Source: a virus | Strand: one strand, 5' to 3' | IMG/VR virus record: IMGVR_UViG_3300046513_000343 | Span: 1-64,000 of that record | Length of the DNA: 64,000 nucleotides | Part shown: positions 48,335 to 57,161 of the stretch, in pieces | Position numbering within the stretch: the stretch's first letter is position 1 | Layout of the letters: the number at the start of each line of letters is the position of its first letter | Position numbers and translations under genes: made by a program | The notes under the pieces: generated by a model | The model's input: the letters and a program-made list of their open reading frames with translations, nothing else | Database searches by the model: none | Told to the model about the DNA's origin: nothing

Positions 48335-48697
48335 ATGACACATCAAGTTAGGCTGGAAAAGAGCAAGCATCGCGGCTGGCAGGCCACCACCGATGTAGCG
48401 CTGGAGGGCACTCGCGTGCTGCAGATTCAAACCAGCAAGCGCGAATCGAATGGCCGTGCTGCTGGCGTCAGCGCCTTTGCGTCCGTCCACAAGGTCGAAC
48501 GCGGCTTCCTGACGTTTGAGCTGTTCGGCGACTACAGCAAGACCGTGGCACTGGACGCCAACGCGCGCAGCACTGAGAAAACGGTAGCACTGGTGCACGC
48601 GCAGGCGCTGGGCCAGCTCGATGCCATCCTGGCTGAGGTCAAGGCATACTACGCGGCCAAGGACGCCAAGGAGGCCCAGCGGGCGCATGCGGCCTAA
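48335..48697 (+). CDS. Hypothetical protein
   Basis: AAGGAG SD, 120 aa. Confidence 0.7.
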   Translation: MTHQVRLEKSKHRGWQATTDVALEGTRVLQIQTSKRESNGRAAGVSAFASVHKVERGFLTFELFGDYSKTVALDANARSTEKTVALVHAQALGQLDAILAEVKAYYAAKDAKEAQRAHAA

Positions 48698-48698
48698 T

Positions 48699-48768
48699 GC
48701 CAGTGTCAGCGCCTCTCGCGGGGCGCTCACGCGGGCACTATCCCGATCCACCAACCACCCACCAAGGA
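48699..48768 (+). repeat. Intergenic hairpin+RBS repeat, copy A
   Basis: GCCAGTGTCAGCGCCTC...GGGGCGCTSACGCGGG...TCCCGAT...CACCCACCAAGGA shared with 49550-49618. Confidence 0.8.
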
Positions 48769-48775
48769 GAACACC

Positions 48776-49549
48776 ATGACTGCCCCACTGACCACCATCG
48801 ATGGCTACAACGTCATCGCGCTGGGCGAGCCGCCCGAATTCTATGTCGAGACCACCATCGACGGATGGCGCTACATCGCCTCACTGGCTTCCCTGAACAC
48901 CACCTGTGAGCTGGTATGCGCCTCCAGCGGGCTGGACCCTGACCGCATCCATCAAGTTCCCCTCTCCGCCATTGAACACATTGACGCCTGGGTCAATGAG
49001 AACGGCGAGGACCCGGACGACGACGACGACGCCTGCGACAACCAGTTCGGCCTGTTCTGCCCGCAGTGCGGGGCCAGCGACCAGCTTGACATCACCGCCA
49101 CCGTCAAGGTGCGCCTGACTGCGGACGGCACCGACGAGGACCAAGCGCACAACGGCGGCACCGGCCACGAATGGCACGACGAATCGCCCTGCACCTGCCT
49201 CGCTTGCGACTATGACGGCACCGTGGCCGAGTTTGAACCGGCCTATCAGGCGGAAAAGAAGGCGATTCAGGACCGTCTGCTCCACCCCGCCAACCTCGCC
49301 AAGCTGCCACCGCAGGCGTTCGTTGAGAACACCGGATTGTGCACTGGCCCGCATGGCATCCCGCCTGTCATCAGCGTGACACGCGGCGAAACGGGCTACA
49401 ACCCGATCTACACCAATATGACCGCCGCTGCGTTGAACGAGGCCAGCGGCGTCACCCCAGCACAAGCCAGAGCCATGTTCAACGGCTCGCTGTTCGGCTG
49501 GGGCACGCCCGGTGCCGATCCTGACAACCCGATCAACCAGAAGGACTGA
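48776..49549 (+). CDS. Composite hypothetical protein with zinc ribbon
   Basis: 257 aa; CPQC...CLAC; C-terminal RGETGY...N...GVTPAQARAMFNGSLFGWGTPGADP module. Confidence 0.75.
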   Translation: MTAPLTTIDGYNVIALGEPPEFYVETTIDGWRYIASLASLNTTCELVCASSGLDPDRIHQVPLSAIEHIDAWVNENGEDPDDDDDACDNQFGLFCPQCGASDQLDITATVKVRLTADGTDEDQAHNGGTGHEWHDESPCTCLACDYDGTVAEFEPAYQAEKKAIQDRLLHPANLAKLPPQAFVENTGLCTGPHGIPPVISVTRGETGYNPIYTNMTAAALNEASGVTPAQARAMFNGSLFGWGTPGADPDNPINQKD

Positions 49550-49618
49550 GCCAGTGTCAGCGCCTCCTGACGGGGCGCTGACGCGGGAGCTGTCCCGATG
49601 CCACTCACCCACCAAGGA
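49550..49618 (+). repeat. Intergenic hairpin+RBS repeat, copy B
   Basis: See copy A. Confidence 0.8.
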
Positions 49619-49625
49619 ACCGCAC

Positions 49626-50066
49626 ATGAACCAGACTGACGACAAACCGGCGCTGTACGCGCTCACCCCGCAGCAGCACGCCACCGTGCTGATCGCGCTC
49701 GGCCACTATCAAGGCATGGTCGCCTCCATGGCACTGGCCAATACGCCCGACAAGCGCCCGGTCAACACCGCCCATGGCAGCGTGGTGCCGTTGTTCGCCC
49801 CGACCAGCGTCAACGACTTGTATGCTTCGCTGAACCATACCGGCCTCGATTTCAGCGCCGTGGTGCCGCTGTTCGGCGAGGACGAGAGCGACCCCTACGT
49901 CGCCGCCGCGCTCGGCCATGCGAGCGAAGGTGAACTGGAGGTCGATGTCCCCGCCGTGGTCTCGCGTGGCGACGATCCGGGGGCCTATGTCATGGCCTGG
50001 ATTTGGATCACTGACGAGGAAGCCGGGGTATCACCCGCCGATGTCACCAATGACCAAGGAGCTTGA
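49626..50066 (+). CDS. Hypothetical protein
   Basis: 146 aa; GELEVD..AVVS.G.D.GAYVMAWIW. Confidence 0.7.
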   Translation: MNQTDDKPALYALTPQQHATVLIALGHYQGMVASMALANTPDKRPVNTAHGSVVPLFAPTSVNDLYASLNHTGLDFSAVVPLFGEDESDPYVAAALGHASEGELEVDVPAVVSRGDDPGAYVMAWIWITDEEAGVSPADVTNDQGA

Positions 50067-50068
50067 CC

Positions 50069-50581
50069 ATGAACCTGATCCTATCGAACGGCTACCCGTT
50101 CCCCTACCCTGACGGCCTGAGCGAGGCGCAGCAGCAAGAAATCTCGCAGGCCGCGCCGTCGTACCGGCTGGTCGTTGCTGGCGTGACGCACTTTGAACAG
50201 AAGTACACCACCACCGTGCAATTCCGTGACACCGACACCTACCACACCGCGCTGGCCGTCACTGGCTGGGAACCATGGTCCCCGCTGGTCTTGGAAGCGC
50301 CCACCAGTGCCGCCGATGGCTACGACTACCCGGCCATCATCGTTGGCAACGTCGCCTACTGCGGCTACCAACTGGTAGAACACAAGGAGCCGGTGCTGCC
50401 AGCGGCCAACCCGCTCGACACGCCAGAGACGCGCAAGGTCATCGCCGACGCCCTGCGCGATGGTGTCGCCGCCGATATCTGGTACGACGCCGGCCACTAC
50501 GGCGACAACGCAAAGGCCACGCAGATCGAGGAAACACAGAACGCAATGGATAACGCCGCGCAACTGCTGGACCCAAGCTGA
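50069..50581 (+). CDS. Hypothetical protein
   Basis: AAGGAG SD, 170 aa. Confidence 0.65.
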   Translation: MNLILSNGYPFPYPDGLSEAQQQEISQAAPSYRLVVAGVTHFEQKYTTTVQFRDTDTYHTALAVTGWEPWSPLVLEAPTSAADGYDYPAIIVGNVAYCGYQLVEHKEPVLPAANPLDTPETRKVIADALRDGVAADIWYDAGHYGDNAKATQIEETQNAMDNAAQLLDPS

Positions 50582-50606
50582 CCCAACCACCACAAGGAGC
50601 AACACC

Positions 50607-51371
50607 ATGGAACAGAAACCCACCACGCTGCTGGAAGGACTCAGGCGCGACAACATGTACCAACTTGGGGAACCCGCCGCCGCGCCAGCCACTCAGCAAA
50701 ACGAATACGCTTTCGATGTCGTCCTGGCCGCTGCGCTGCGCGTCAAGGCCAGCGACGAGGCTGACGCACGCCTCCAGCTGAAAGGGGCACTGCACTGCGC
50801 AGATACCAACTTCGGCGCATGGCGCAGCGGCGATCCGATCATAGGCGAAGTTAGCCTGCGCGGCACGCCGAGCCTGTACGAGGTCAATGGCGAGACGATC
50901 GAACACCCTGCCCCGGCCCCGTCAGCCACCGTGTATGAATGCCCCGACTGCGACTGGACCGGCACCCGCGACGAAATGAATGGCCTGTGCCACCTGCACC
51001 ACATCGACGAGCATATCAGTGTCGGGGAGCTGGTCCCGGCTGGAGTCTGCCCCGATCCCGACTGCCGCGCCATGATCGAGGCCAACAACGCCGACGTGGC
51101 CGACTATGTGGTCGAGAACGTCGCCACCATCATGCGTGCGCGCGGCTGGACCGTGATCGAGCCTCCCGCCCCACACGCCGATGTCGAGAAGGCCGACGGC
51201 GTGCTGGTCGCCATCGCTGACCTTCCCCGCGACACGGTAATCGACCTGCTCGACGAGATCGACGGTGTTGGCTGCCGCGACGAAGACGACGAAGACGACC
51301 TGAAAGCGGAGCTTAAAGCGCACTACCTCGCCAACCGCATCGACGGTCAGGAGATTATCGACCGCTCGTAG
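50607..51371 (+). CDS. Hypothetical protein with zinc ribbon
   Basis: 254 aa; CPDCDW...GVCPDPDC. Confidence 0.7.
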   Translation: MEQKPTTLLEGLRRDNMYQLGEPAAAPATQQNEYAFDVVLAAALRVKASDEADARLQLKGALHCADTNFGAWRSGDPIIGEVSLRGTPSLYEVNGETIEHPAPAPSATVYECPDCDWTGTRDEMNGLCHLHHIDEHISVGELVPAGVCPDPDCRAMIEANNADVADYVVENVATIMRARGWTVIEPPAPHADVEKADGVLVAIADLPRDTVIDLLDEIDGVGCRDEDDEDDLKAELKAHYLANRIDGQEIIDRS

Positions 51372-51478
51372 CGCCTACTGACGACAAGCCGACAGGACCC
51401 CGGCGCAACGGCGGCGCATGCCGGGGATGGCTTACAATCCCGCGCTTGCACAGAGCGCAACAGAATCAAGGAACCACC

Positions 51479-51667
51479 ATGAGCGGACGCACATCAGCAG
51501 AAACGGTGCAGGCGATGCAACTCGTGCGCACCGGGATGACCGGCTACGCGGCGGCCAAGCGGGTCGGCATCGCCTTATCCACCCTTTACCGTTCGGCCTT
51601 GTGGAAACAGTACCAGGCCGAACTCGCAGCCCAACCAAAACAGGAGAACCAGCATGCAAATTCATAA
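51479..51667 (+). CDS. Small helix-turn-helix protein
   Basis: GMTGYAAAKRVGIALSTLYR HTH, 62 aa. Confidence 0.7.
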   Translation: MSGRTSAETVQAMQLVRTGMTGYAAAKRVGIALSTLYRSALWKQYQAELAAQPKQENQHANS

Positions 51668-51875
51668 CCCGCCCGGCGACCCGGCCAAACGCTGGGTGTA
51701 TTACGTCGTCGTCAAGAACCACCCGCAAAACATCTATGCGCGCTTCTTGCTGACCGCAACCGCTCTCGCGCACGCGGAAGCGGCGGTGCTGGAAAGTGTG
51801 GGGCCAGCATGGACCGCGTGCCACGCTCGAATGGTGTGCAGCACGACCGATAGCCCTTTTTTCAATGAGCTTTAG
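51654..51875 (+). CDS. Hypothetical protein
   Basis: AGGAG SD, 73 aa. Confidence 0.55.
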   Translation: MQIHNPPGDPAKRWVYYVVVKNHPQNIYARFLLTATALAHAEAAVLESVGPAWTACHARMVCSTTDSPFFNEL

Positions 51876-51885
51876 GAGAACCAGC

Positions 51886-52635
51886 ATGACCAAGCGTAAG
51901 ACCCCGCAGGAAAACATCTGTCCTGGCCTGAGCGCCGAGGATGCCGCCACCATCCGCAACGCGCCCGAAGGCACCACCTACATTACCCTGTGGCGCAACA
52001 AGTACCTCGCCATCGACGCGGCCAGCTTCGACGAGTTCCGCACGGCGCTGGCCGATGCCGTTGCCCTGCTCGACCGCTGGAAGGCGCTTGGCATCGAGCT
52101 GCAAGACGACGGCGTGCCAGATGACTACGCCACGTTCTACACTACATCGAAGCAGATCGCGCTGGCCGAGGGCTTCATGCCCGAACCGGAGTGCGAGGAC
52201 GATGACGAAGAAGGCCCGGCCAATGCCTCCGATATTGCCGAGATCGGCCCGCTGGCACTTGGCGCGGGCTGCACCTGGACCATGACACGCGATAACCTGC
52301 CCGCCTCGCCCGCCGCGCTGATCACCGAGCTGGCGAAACGGGAAGCCGAACTGGTCGCCGACGATCCGAGCTACGAGCCGTTCGACGCCCAGCGACTGGC
52401 GGCGTCGTCCGGCCTGTGCGGCCTGTACGTGCGCTTCGACCAGTGGTTCAAGGGCAAGGAACCTGTCAAGAAGATCGGCGACTTCGCGCACGACCTGACG
52501 TTCGCCGAAATCCTGTTTGAACTGCACAAGTCGGTCCTCAAGGACAAGCTGGGCGATCATATCTACTTCGAGGGCCTGATCCGCGTCCATGGCCAGTCCG
52601 AAATACCGCTGTTCGACGTGTTCATGGGGAGCTGA
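51886..52635 (+). CDS. Hypothetical two-domain protein
   Basis: AGGAG SD, 249 aa; C-terminal GDHIYFEGL...FMGS. Confidence 0.7.
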   Translation: MTKRKTPQENICPGLSAEDAATIRNAPEGTTYITLWRNKYLAIDAASFDEFRTALADAVALLDRWKALGIELQDDGVPDDYATFYTTSKQIALAEGFMPEPECEDDDEEGPANASDIAEIGPLALGAGCTWTMTRDNLPASPAALITELAKREAELVADDPSYEPFDAQRLAASSGLCGLYVRFDQWFKGKEPVKKIGDFAHDLTFAEILFELHKSVLKDKLGDHIYFEGLIRVHGQSEIPLFDVFMGS

Positions 52636-52637
52636 CC

Positions 52638-53078
52638 ATGCGCAAACTTGAAACCCCCGAACAGATCATCGCCCGCGTCGGCTGGATGGTGCAGCTGGTC
52701 GGTGCCAGTGATCACGCGCCCAGCTTCGCCTACACCATCGGCCTGACCGACCGGCACCTGCCCGAACTGATCACCTTTTCCCTGCCCTTCGAGGTCGCAG
52801 GCTTCGCGCTGAACACGCTGGCCCAGCGCATGAGCGACGGCGAAGTCCTGCCCGGCCATACCCGCCTGCAGGACGTGCTGGCCGCCGACGTGCAGCTGGT
52901 GCAGGCCGAGCGCAGCTTGGCCGACCAGTTCATGTTCCAGGCGCTGTACCGCAACCCCAACTACCGCGCGCTGCAGGTGGTCTGGCCCGACCCGCAGAGC
53001 GGGGCCTTCCCTTGGGAGGACGGCTACCAGGAGCGCTATCGGAGCGCGCAGCCGCTGCTGCTGCCGACGTTGCAGTAA
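52638..53078 (+). CDS. DUF4262-family protein
   Basis: GWMVQ.V...FAYTIGL...PELI...ALQVVWPD...FPWE..Y...QPLL. Confidence 0.8.
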   Translation: MRKLETPEQIIARVGWMVQLVGASDHAPSFAYTIGLTDRHLPELITFSLPFEVAGFALNTLAQRMSDGEVLPGHTRLQDVLAADVQLVQAERSLADQFMFQALYRNPNYRALQVVWPDPQSGAFPWEDGYQERYRSAQPLLLPTLQ

Positions 53079-53101
53079 CCAACCACCACCAGGAGACCAC
53101 C

Positions 53102-53617
53102 ATGCAGCAATTCCAGCGGCACATCATCTACGCCGAGGCCGAGGCCGCGTGCGCCCGCGCTGGCCACCAATTCGACGCCAGCAAATACAACGAGAGCAAC
53201 GGTGTCGACCACCTGTGCATCATCGGCACATTCGGCGACAAGCACGCCAGCATCCTGTATGCCCCTTGGAACGGCAAATTCTTCGGTGACACCACCGACG
53301 GCATCCACTTCAATTCGGACAACACCGAACATGACGGCCAGCCATGGTTTGACGCCATGCTGAACTTCTTCTACGTCCCGCACACGCAGGACCAGCAGCT
53401 CGCCAGCGCCGCGCCCGCCCCAAGACCGCTGGACGAGGCCGAACAGGAAGTGGTGCGCAAGGGCCTCGTCGCCGCGGTCGAGGCGGTGCAAGTGCTGCAT
53501 CCCGACTTCGACGCCGACACGCAGCCTGGGGTAGAGCTGCTGGACGCGCTGATTCGTTTCACCGTTGCTTGCCGCGATCCGGCTGCAAACGGACCGGCAA
53601 AGCCTAACAGAGCATAG
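53102..53617 (+). CDS. Hypothetical protein
   Basis: AGGAG SD, 171 aa. Confidence 0.65.
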   Translation: MQQFQRHIIYAEAEAACARAGHQFDASKYNESNGVDHLCIIGTFGDKHASILYAPWNGKFFGDTTDGIHFNSDNTEHDGQPWFDAMLNFFYVPHTQDQQLASAAPAPRPLDEAEQEVVRKGLVAAVEAVQVLHPDFDADTQPGVELLDALIRFTVACRDPAANGPAKPNRA

Positions 53618-53653
53618 GCTTTGCCGGTCCCGCACCGCCCTCCGGGGCGGTGC
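53591..53653. repeat. Perfect 16-bp inverted repeat plus second hairpin at the convergent junction
   Basis: GGACCGGCAAAGCCTA-n8-TAGGCTTTGCCGGTCC, then GCACCGCCC-TCCG-GGGCGGTGC. Confidence 0.8.
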
Positions 53654-53661
53654 AATGAATG

Positions 53662-53988
53662 TCAACTTCCACGCACGCGCGCGACACAATCGACGGTCCA
53701 CTTGCCCAACAAGCCCGTCCCCGCATCCACCACGATTTCTGCTGAATAGCGCCCATTGGGCTGCAGGTCCAGGCTGGCCAGCAGCAGCGTGCGGTACACG
53801 CCCTTGCTGTTGGCCACGTAGGGCATCGGCTTAGGCCAGGTGTCGCCTGTGGTCTCCGCGCCATCTGAATTGAACAGCGTCACCTGCACCGTGGCCGAAT
53901 TAAGGAAGTCGCCCGTCAGTTCCTCCCGGACATGGCACACTTCCAAAACGTTGTCGTTGTCGATATACAGTACGGTGATTGTGCTCAT
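53662..53988 (-). CDS. Small Ig-like (BppU-like) virion adaptor
   Basis: 108 aa beta-rich; ATVQVTL...GVYR...GRYSAEIVV; ATGA-coupled to the repeat protein. Confidence 0.6.
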   Translation of the reverse strand: MSTITVLYIDNDNVLEVCHVREELTGDFLNSATVQVTLFNSDGAETTGDTWPKPMPYVANSKGVYRTLLLASLDLQPNGRYSAEIVVDAGTGLLGKWTVDCVARVRGS

Positions 53989-56150
53989 TGTGCGGGCCTC
54001 AAGATGGTGTAAGCAGCCAGTGCTGGAGCGAAGCGACTATGGGCCTGCACCGATGCCGCCACCCCGACATAGCCATTGACTGCCTGGCGCACCCTGATCC
54101 GGCCCACGTCGATGACACCATCCGGCTGCACATATTCGGCGAGGTCGCCACTGACCGACTGCCCGGCCTGGCCGGTGCCGACCACGGCATCCACGCCGAC
54201 GACGATATAGCCTTGCGTGCGCTGCGCCTGTGCCGTGGCCGCGATGCTATCGACCGCCACGGCGGCGCTGACGATCACCGTCTGGCCCTGCCAAGTGGCC
54301 AGCGTGCACACCGCCGACAGCTCGCCGCTGGCCTGCACGCTTTGGCGCGCCTGGAAGGTCTGCACGCCCTCACTGTCGCTGATCGCAAACAGGTCGCCGC
54401 GTGTGGTTTGCCCCTGACTGGTGCTGGCCTGGCTGTCACTACCGAGCTGGGCGCTGGCCGCCACCTGCTGGGCCTGCGCGGTGCCGCCACTGGCATCCAC
54501 CGACAACGCAGCATCCGCGCTGACCGATTGAGCCTGACTGGTATTCACCTGGGCGCTAAATTCCTCCTGGCCCTGCGCCTGCACGCTCTGTCCTTGCGCG
54601 GTGTCGACCAGCGCCGCCGCGGCCACCTCGCCGCTGGCCAATACGGTTTGGCCTTGGCTGGTGGCCGCGCTGCTGTCGAGCACCTGCGCCGAGCTGGCCA
54701 GCGTAGTCTGCGCCTGACTGGTTCCTGCTATCGCGTCCACCGCAACCTGACCATCCGTGCTGACACTCTGCGCCTGGGCCGTGGCGCTCACGGCATCCAC
54801 GCCGACCGCGCCGCTGGCGGCCGCGCTTTGCGCCTGCGCCGTGGCCGCGCCGACCGCAATTTCGTCTGCCAGCGTACCGGCGATGGTCTGGCCCTGGCTG
54901 GTGGCGCAGGCGGCGTCCGTGCTAAGTGCAAGCGTGACGACCACCGACTGCGCCTGGCTGCTATTGGCGCTGGCATCAACGGCGCTGGCCGCTGTGGCGA
55001 GGCTCGACTGCGCCTGACTGGTGGCCGCGATAACGTCCAGCGACAGCGCCACGTTGGCCGACACCGATTGCGCCTGGCTGGTGGCGACCACGGCGTCGTT
55101 CGCCGAGGCCATGCTGACCGTCGTGCTTTGCGCCTGACTGCTGCTGCTGCTGACGTCCACGCCCACAGTGCCGCTCGCCGATACCGTTTGCGCTTGCGCC
55201 GTGGCGCTCGCGGTCAACGCTGTTTCCACCAGCACGGCAACGCTCTGCCCCTGGCTGGTGGCGATGCTGGCCAGCGCCTCCAGTTCGGCACTGGCCGCCG
55301 TCGTTTGCGCCTGGCTGCTGCTGCTGGTCGCATCGACACCGACCGCGCCGCTGGCCGACACCGCTTGCGCCTGCGCCGTGGCGGACACCAGATCGCTGAG
55401 CAAGTCCAGCGTCCCCACCACCGACTGCCCTTGACTGGTGGCGCTCGTGGCGTCCACGCCCAGCGCCGCGCTGGCGGCAACCGTCTGCGCCTGGCTGGTA
55501 TTGCCGCTGGCATCGACTCCCAGCGCCGCCGAAACGACAACTGACTGCGCCTGGCTGGTGGCGATGCTGGCGTCCACGGCCAGCGCCGCGTTCGCTGCAA
55601 CACTTTGCGCCTGGCTGGTGGCCACCGTGGCAGTGGCGGACAGCGCCGCCGTGCCCGTCACACTTTGCGCCTGGGCGGTAGCGGCAAGCGCATCGACGCT
55701 GACCAAAGCCGTGCCGCTCGTGGTCTGCGCCTGACTGGTTGCGCTGCTGACGCTCACGCTTAGCGATCCTGTCGCGGCCACCGACTGCGCTTGATAGGTC
55801 GCCACGCTGGCGTCTGCCGCCAGTGTGCCGCTGGCCGTGACGCTCTGTCCCTGGCTGGTCGCCACCGTGCCATCCGTCACAATAGGGACTGCAACGGCAA
55901 GGAACGGCTGGCCTTTGAAACTGATGTCGAGCGTGGTCGTTGTGATGCCACCCTTGGCCGCCACCTGCGCAAAAGGCTCGCCGCCAAACGCCAGGTCAAG
56001 ACCAGCCAGTTCCGCCACGCTCTTGAGCGTGCGCGTGCATGCGACAACGGATTGCGACGCCTGGCCGGTGGCCACGGTGCAGTCGATACCGCTTACACCG
56101 ACTTGGCCGCCAAGTGGCGCAGAGGATATGGGTGCAAGACCGAGCGCCAT
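53985..56150 (-). CDS. Fibre-like protein with ~29 tandem 20-aa repeats (ATSQAQSV...)
   Basis: 721 aa; 60-nt periodicity visible in the DNA. Confidence 0.75.
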   Translation of the reverse strand: MALGLAPISSAPLGGQVGVSGIDCTVATGQASQSVVACTRTLKSVAELAGLDLAFGGEPFAQVAAKGGITTTTLDISFKGQPFLAVAVPIVTDGTVATSQGQSVTASGTLAADASVATYQAQSVAATGSLSVSVSSATSQAQTTSGTALVSVDALAATAQAQSVTGTAALSATATVATSQAQSVAANAALAVDASIATSQAQSVVVSAALGVDASGNTSQAQTVAASAALGVDATSATSQGQSVVGTLDLLSDLVSATAQAQAVSASGAVGVDATSSSSQAQTTAASAELEALASIATSQGQSVAVLVETALTASATAQAQTVSASGTVGVDVSSSSSQAQSTTVSMASANDAVVATSQAQSVSANVALSLDVIAATSQAQSSLATAASAVDASANSSQAQSVVVTLALSTDAACATSQGQTIAGTLADEIAVGAATAQAQSAAASGAVGVDAVSATAQAQSVSTDGQVAVDAIAGTSQAQTTLASSAQVLDSSAATSQGQTVLASGEVAAAALVDTAQGQSVQAQGQEEFSAQVNTSQAQSVSADAALSVDASGGTAQAQQVAASAQLGSDSQASTSQGQTTRGDLFAISDSEGVQTFQARQSVQASGELSAVCTLATWQGQTVIVSAAVAVDSIAATAQAQRTQGYIVVGVDAVVGTGQAGQSVSGDLAEYVQPDGVIDVGRIRVRQAVNGYVGVAASVQAHSRFAPALAAYTILRPAQ

Positions 56151-56159
56151 ACGCTACCG

Positions 56160-57140
56160 CTATGCCCCCCAAGCGCTGTAGCCGCTTGGTACGGATTGCG
56201 CGAAATCGGCGGCCAACAAACGCATCACCTGCGCGCCGGTTACACCAGCATTCATCCCTGGCCAGAGTAGACGGTTTGACGCGCCACCGAGCGCCCATGA
56301 CAGGTCGATACCACCTACCCCGGTTGCTGGGTCATTGGAGCCGCTGTTATTCCAATTGCCGCCGTTGGTGCGGAACCATATTAGTAGGGCATCCAGGTCT
56401 GCGGCGATGCACAGGTTATTGGTAGCGGCCCAGGTCTGGATGGTGGCGACGGTAAGGATATTTGGCGTACTGGTAAATTTGTTTACTGCCTTGACAGCAC
56501 CTGAGCTATCCCATCCGATCTGTCCGATGTACCAAGCTCCGAAATTACCACCGTCACCCTGCTTCTGGTGCCCGGCCCCGCCTGCCAGCCCGACAGCGGT
56601 GAAACTGGTCGAACTGGGTACGATTTCAAAATACCGCTTGCCGGTGTAGCGGGCTGGGCAGCCGAACATATGGTTGTAGGGACTGCTGGACGCAGGGGTT
56701 GCCGTTTTGTTGCTGTTCGATAACGTGACCGCCGAAGTGAGGCCGACGAACGCGGGATCAAAGCCGGGGTTAGCCGGTACTGTCAAAAAAGCCCCACCTG
56801 CCGCCAGGTTCATCGCTGCGATCTGCGACGCCGCCAGGTCGAGCCATACCTGTTTGGTGCCTGCCGCAAAGCTGACCGCCGCGCCGGCATTGCTGGACGA
56901 CAGCACCGTGCTGCGCGTCAGGGTGTTGGAGGCTGAATATGTACCCATCCCCACTTCCCAATCGCCGCTCGGCACACCGGCGCTGTCCACCGCCTGAATC
57001 GTGTAATAGCAGGTATCGCTGGGACTGGTGCAGACCGCCGAGAAGGCGCGAAAGCCGGTATAGGCGCCCGCCAGCGTGATGGCGCCGGTGCCAGTGGTCG
57101 TAGTACTCTCCTTGACGCGATCTGCAATGATAAGACCCAT
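56160..57140 (-). CDS. Virion appendage protein with SPRY/ConA-like domain
   Basis: ADRVKESTTTTGTGAITL...WEVG.G N-terminus; LSNSNKTA...GKRYFEI...ADLDALLIWFRTNG SPRY-like. Confidence 0.7.
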   Translation of the reverse strand: MGLIIADRVKESTTTTGTGAITLAGAYTGFRAFSAVCTSPSDTCYYTIQAVDSAGVPSGDWEVGMGTYSASNTLTRSTVLSSSNAGAAVSFAAGTKQVWLDLAASQIAAMNLAAGGAFLTVPANPGFDPAFVGLTSAVTLSNSNKTATPASSSPYNHMFGCPARYTGKRYFEIVPSSTSFTAVGLAGGAGHQKQGDGGNFGAWYIGQIGWDSSGAVKAVNKFTSTPNILTVATIQTWAATNNLCIAADLDALLIWFRTNGGNWNNSGSNDPATGVGGIDLSWALGGASNRLLWPGMNAGVTGAQVMRLLAADFAQSVPSGYSAWGA

Positions 57141-57161
57141 GTCCGCTCCCTATGCGACCGT

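Noticed and set aside
48699-49618. Hairpin repeats as integron attC sites
   Set aside because: No RYYYAAC/GTTRRRY boxes and no integron integrase in the window.
53985-55900. 60-nt periodic repeats as a CRISPR array
   Set aside because: Degenerate at codon third positions, inside an ORF, no cas genes.
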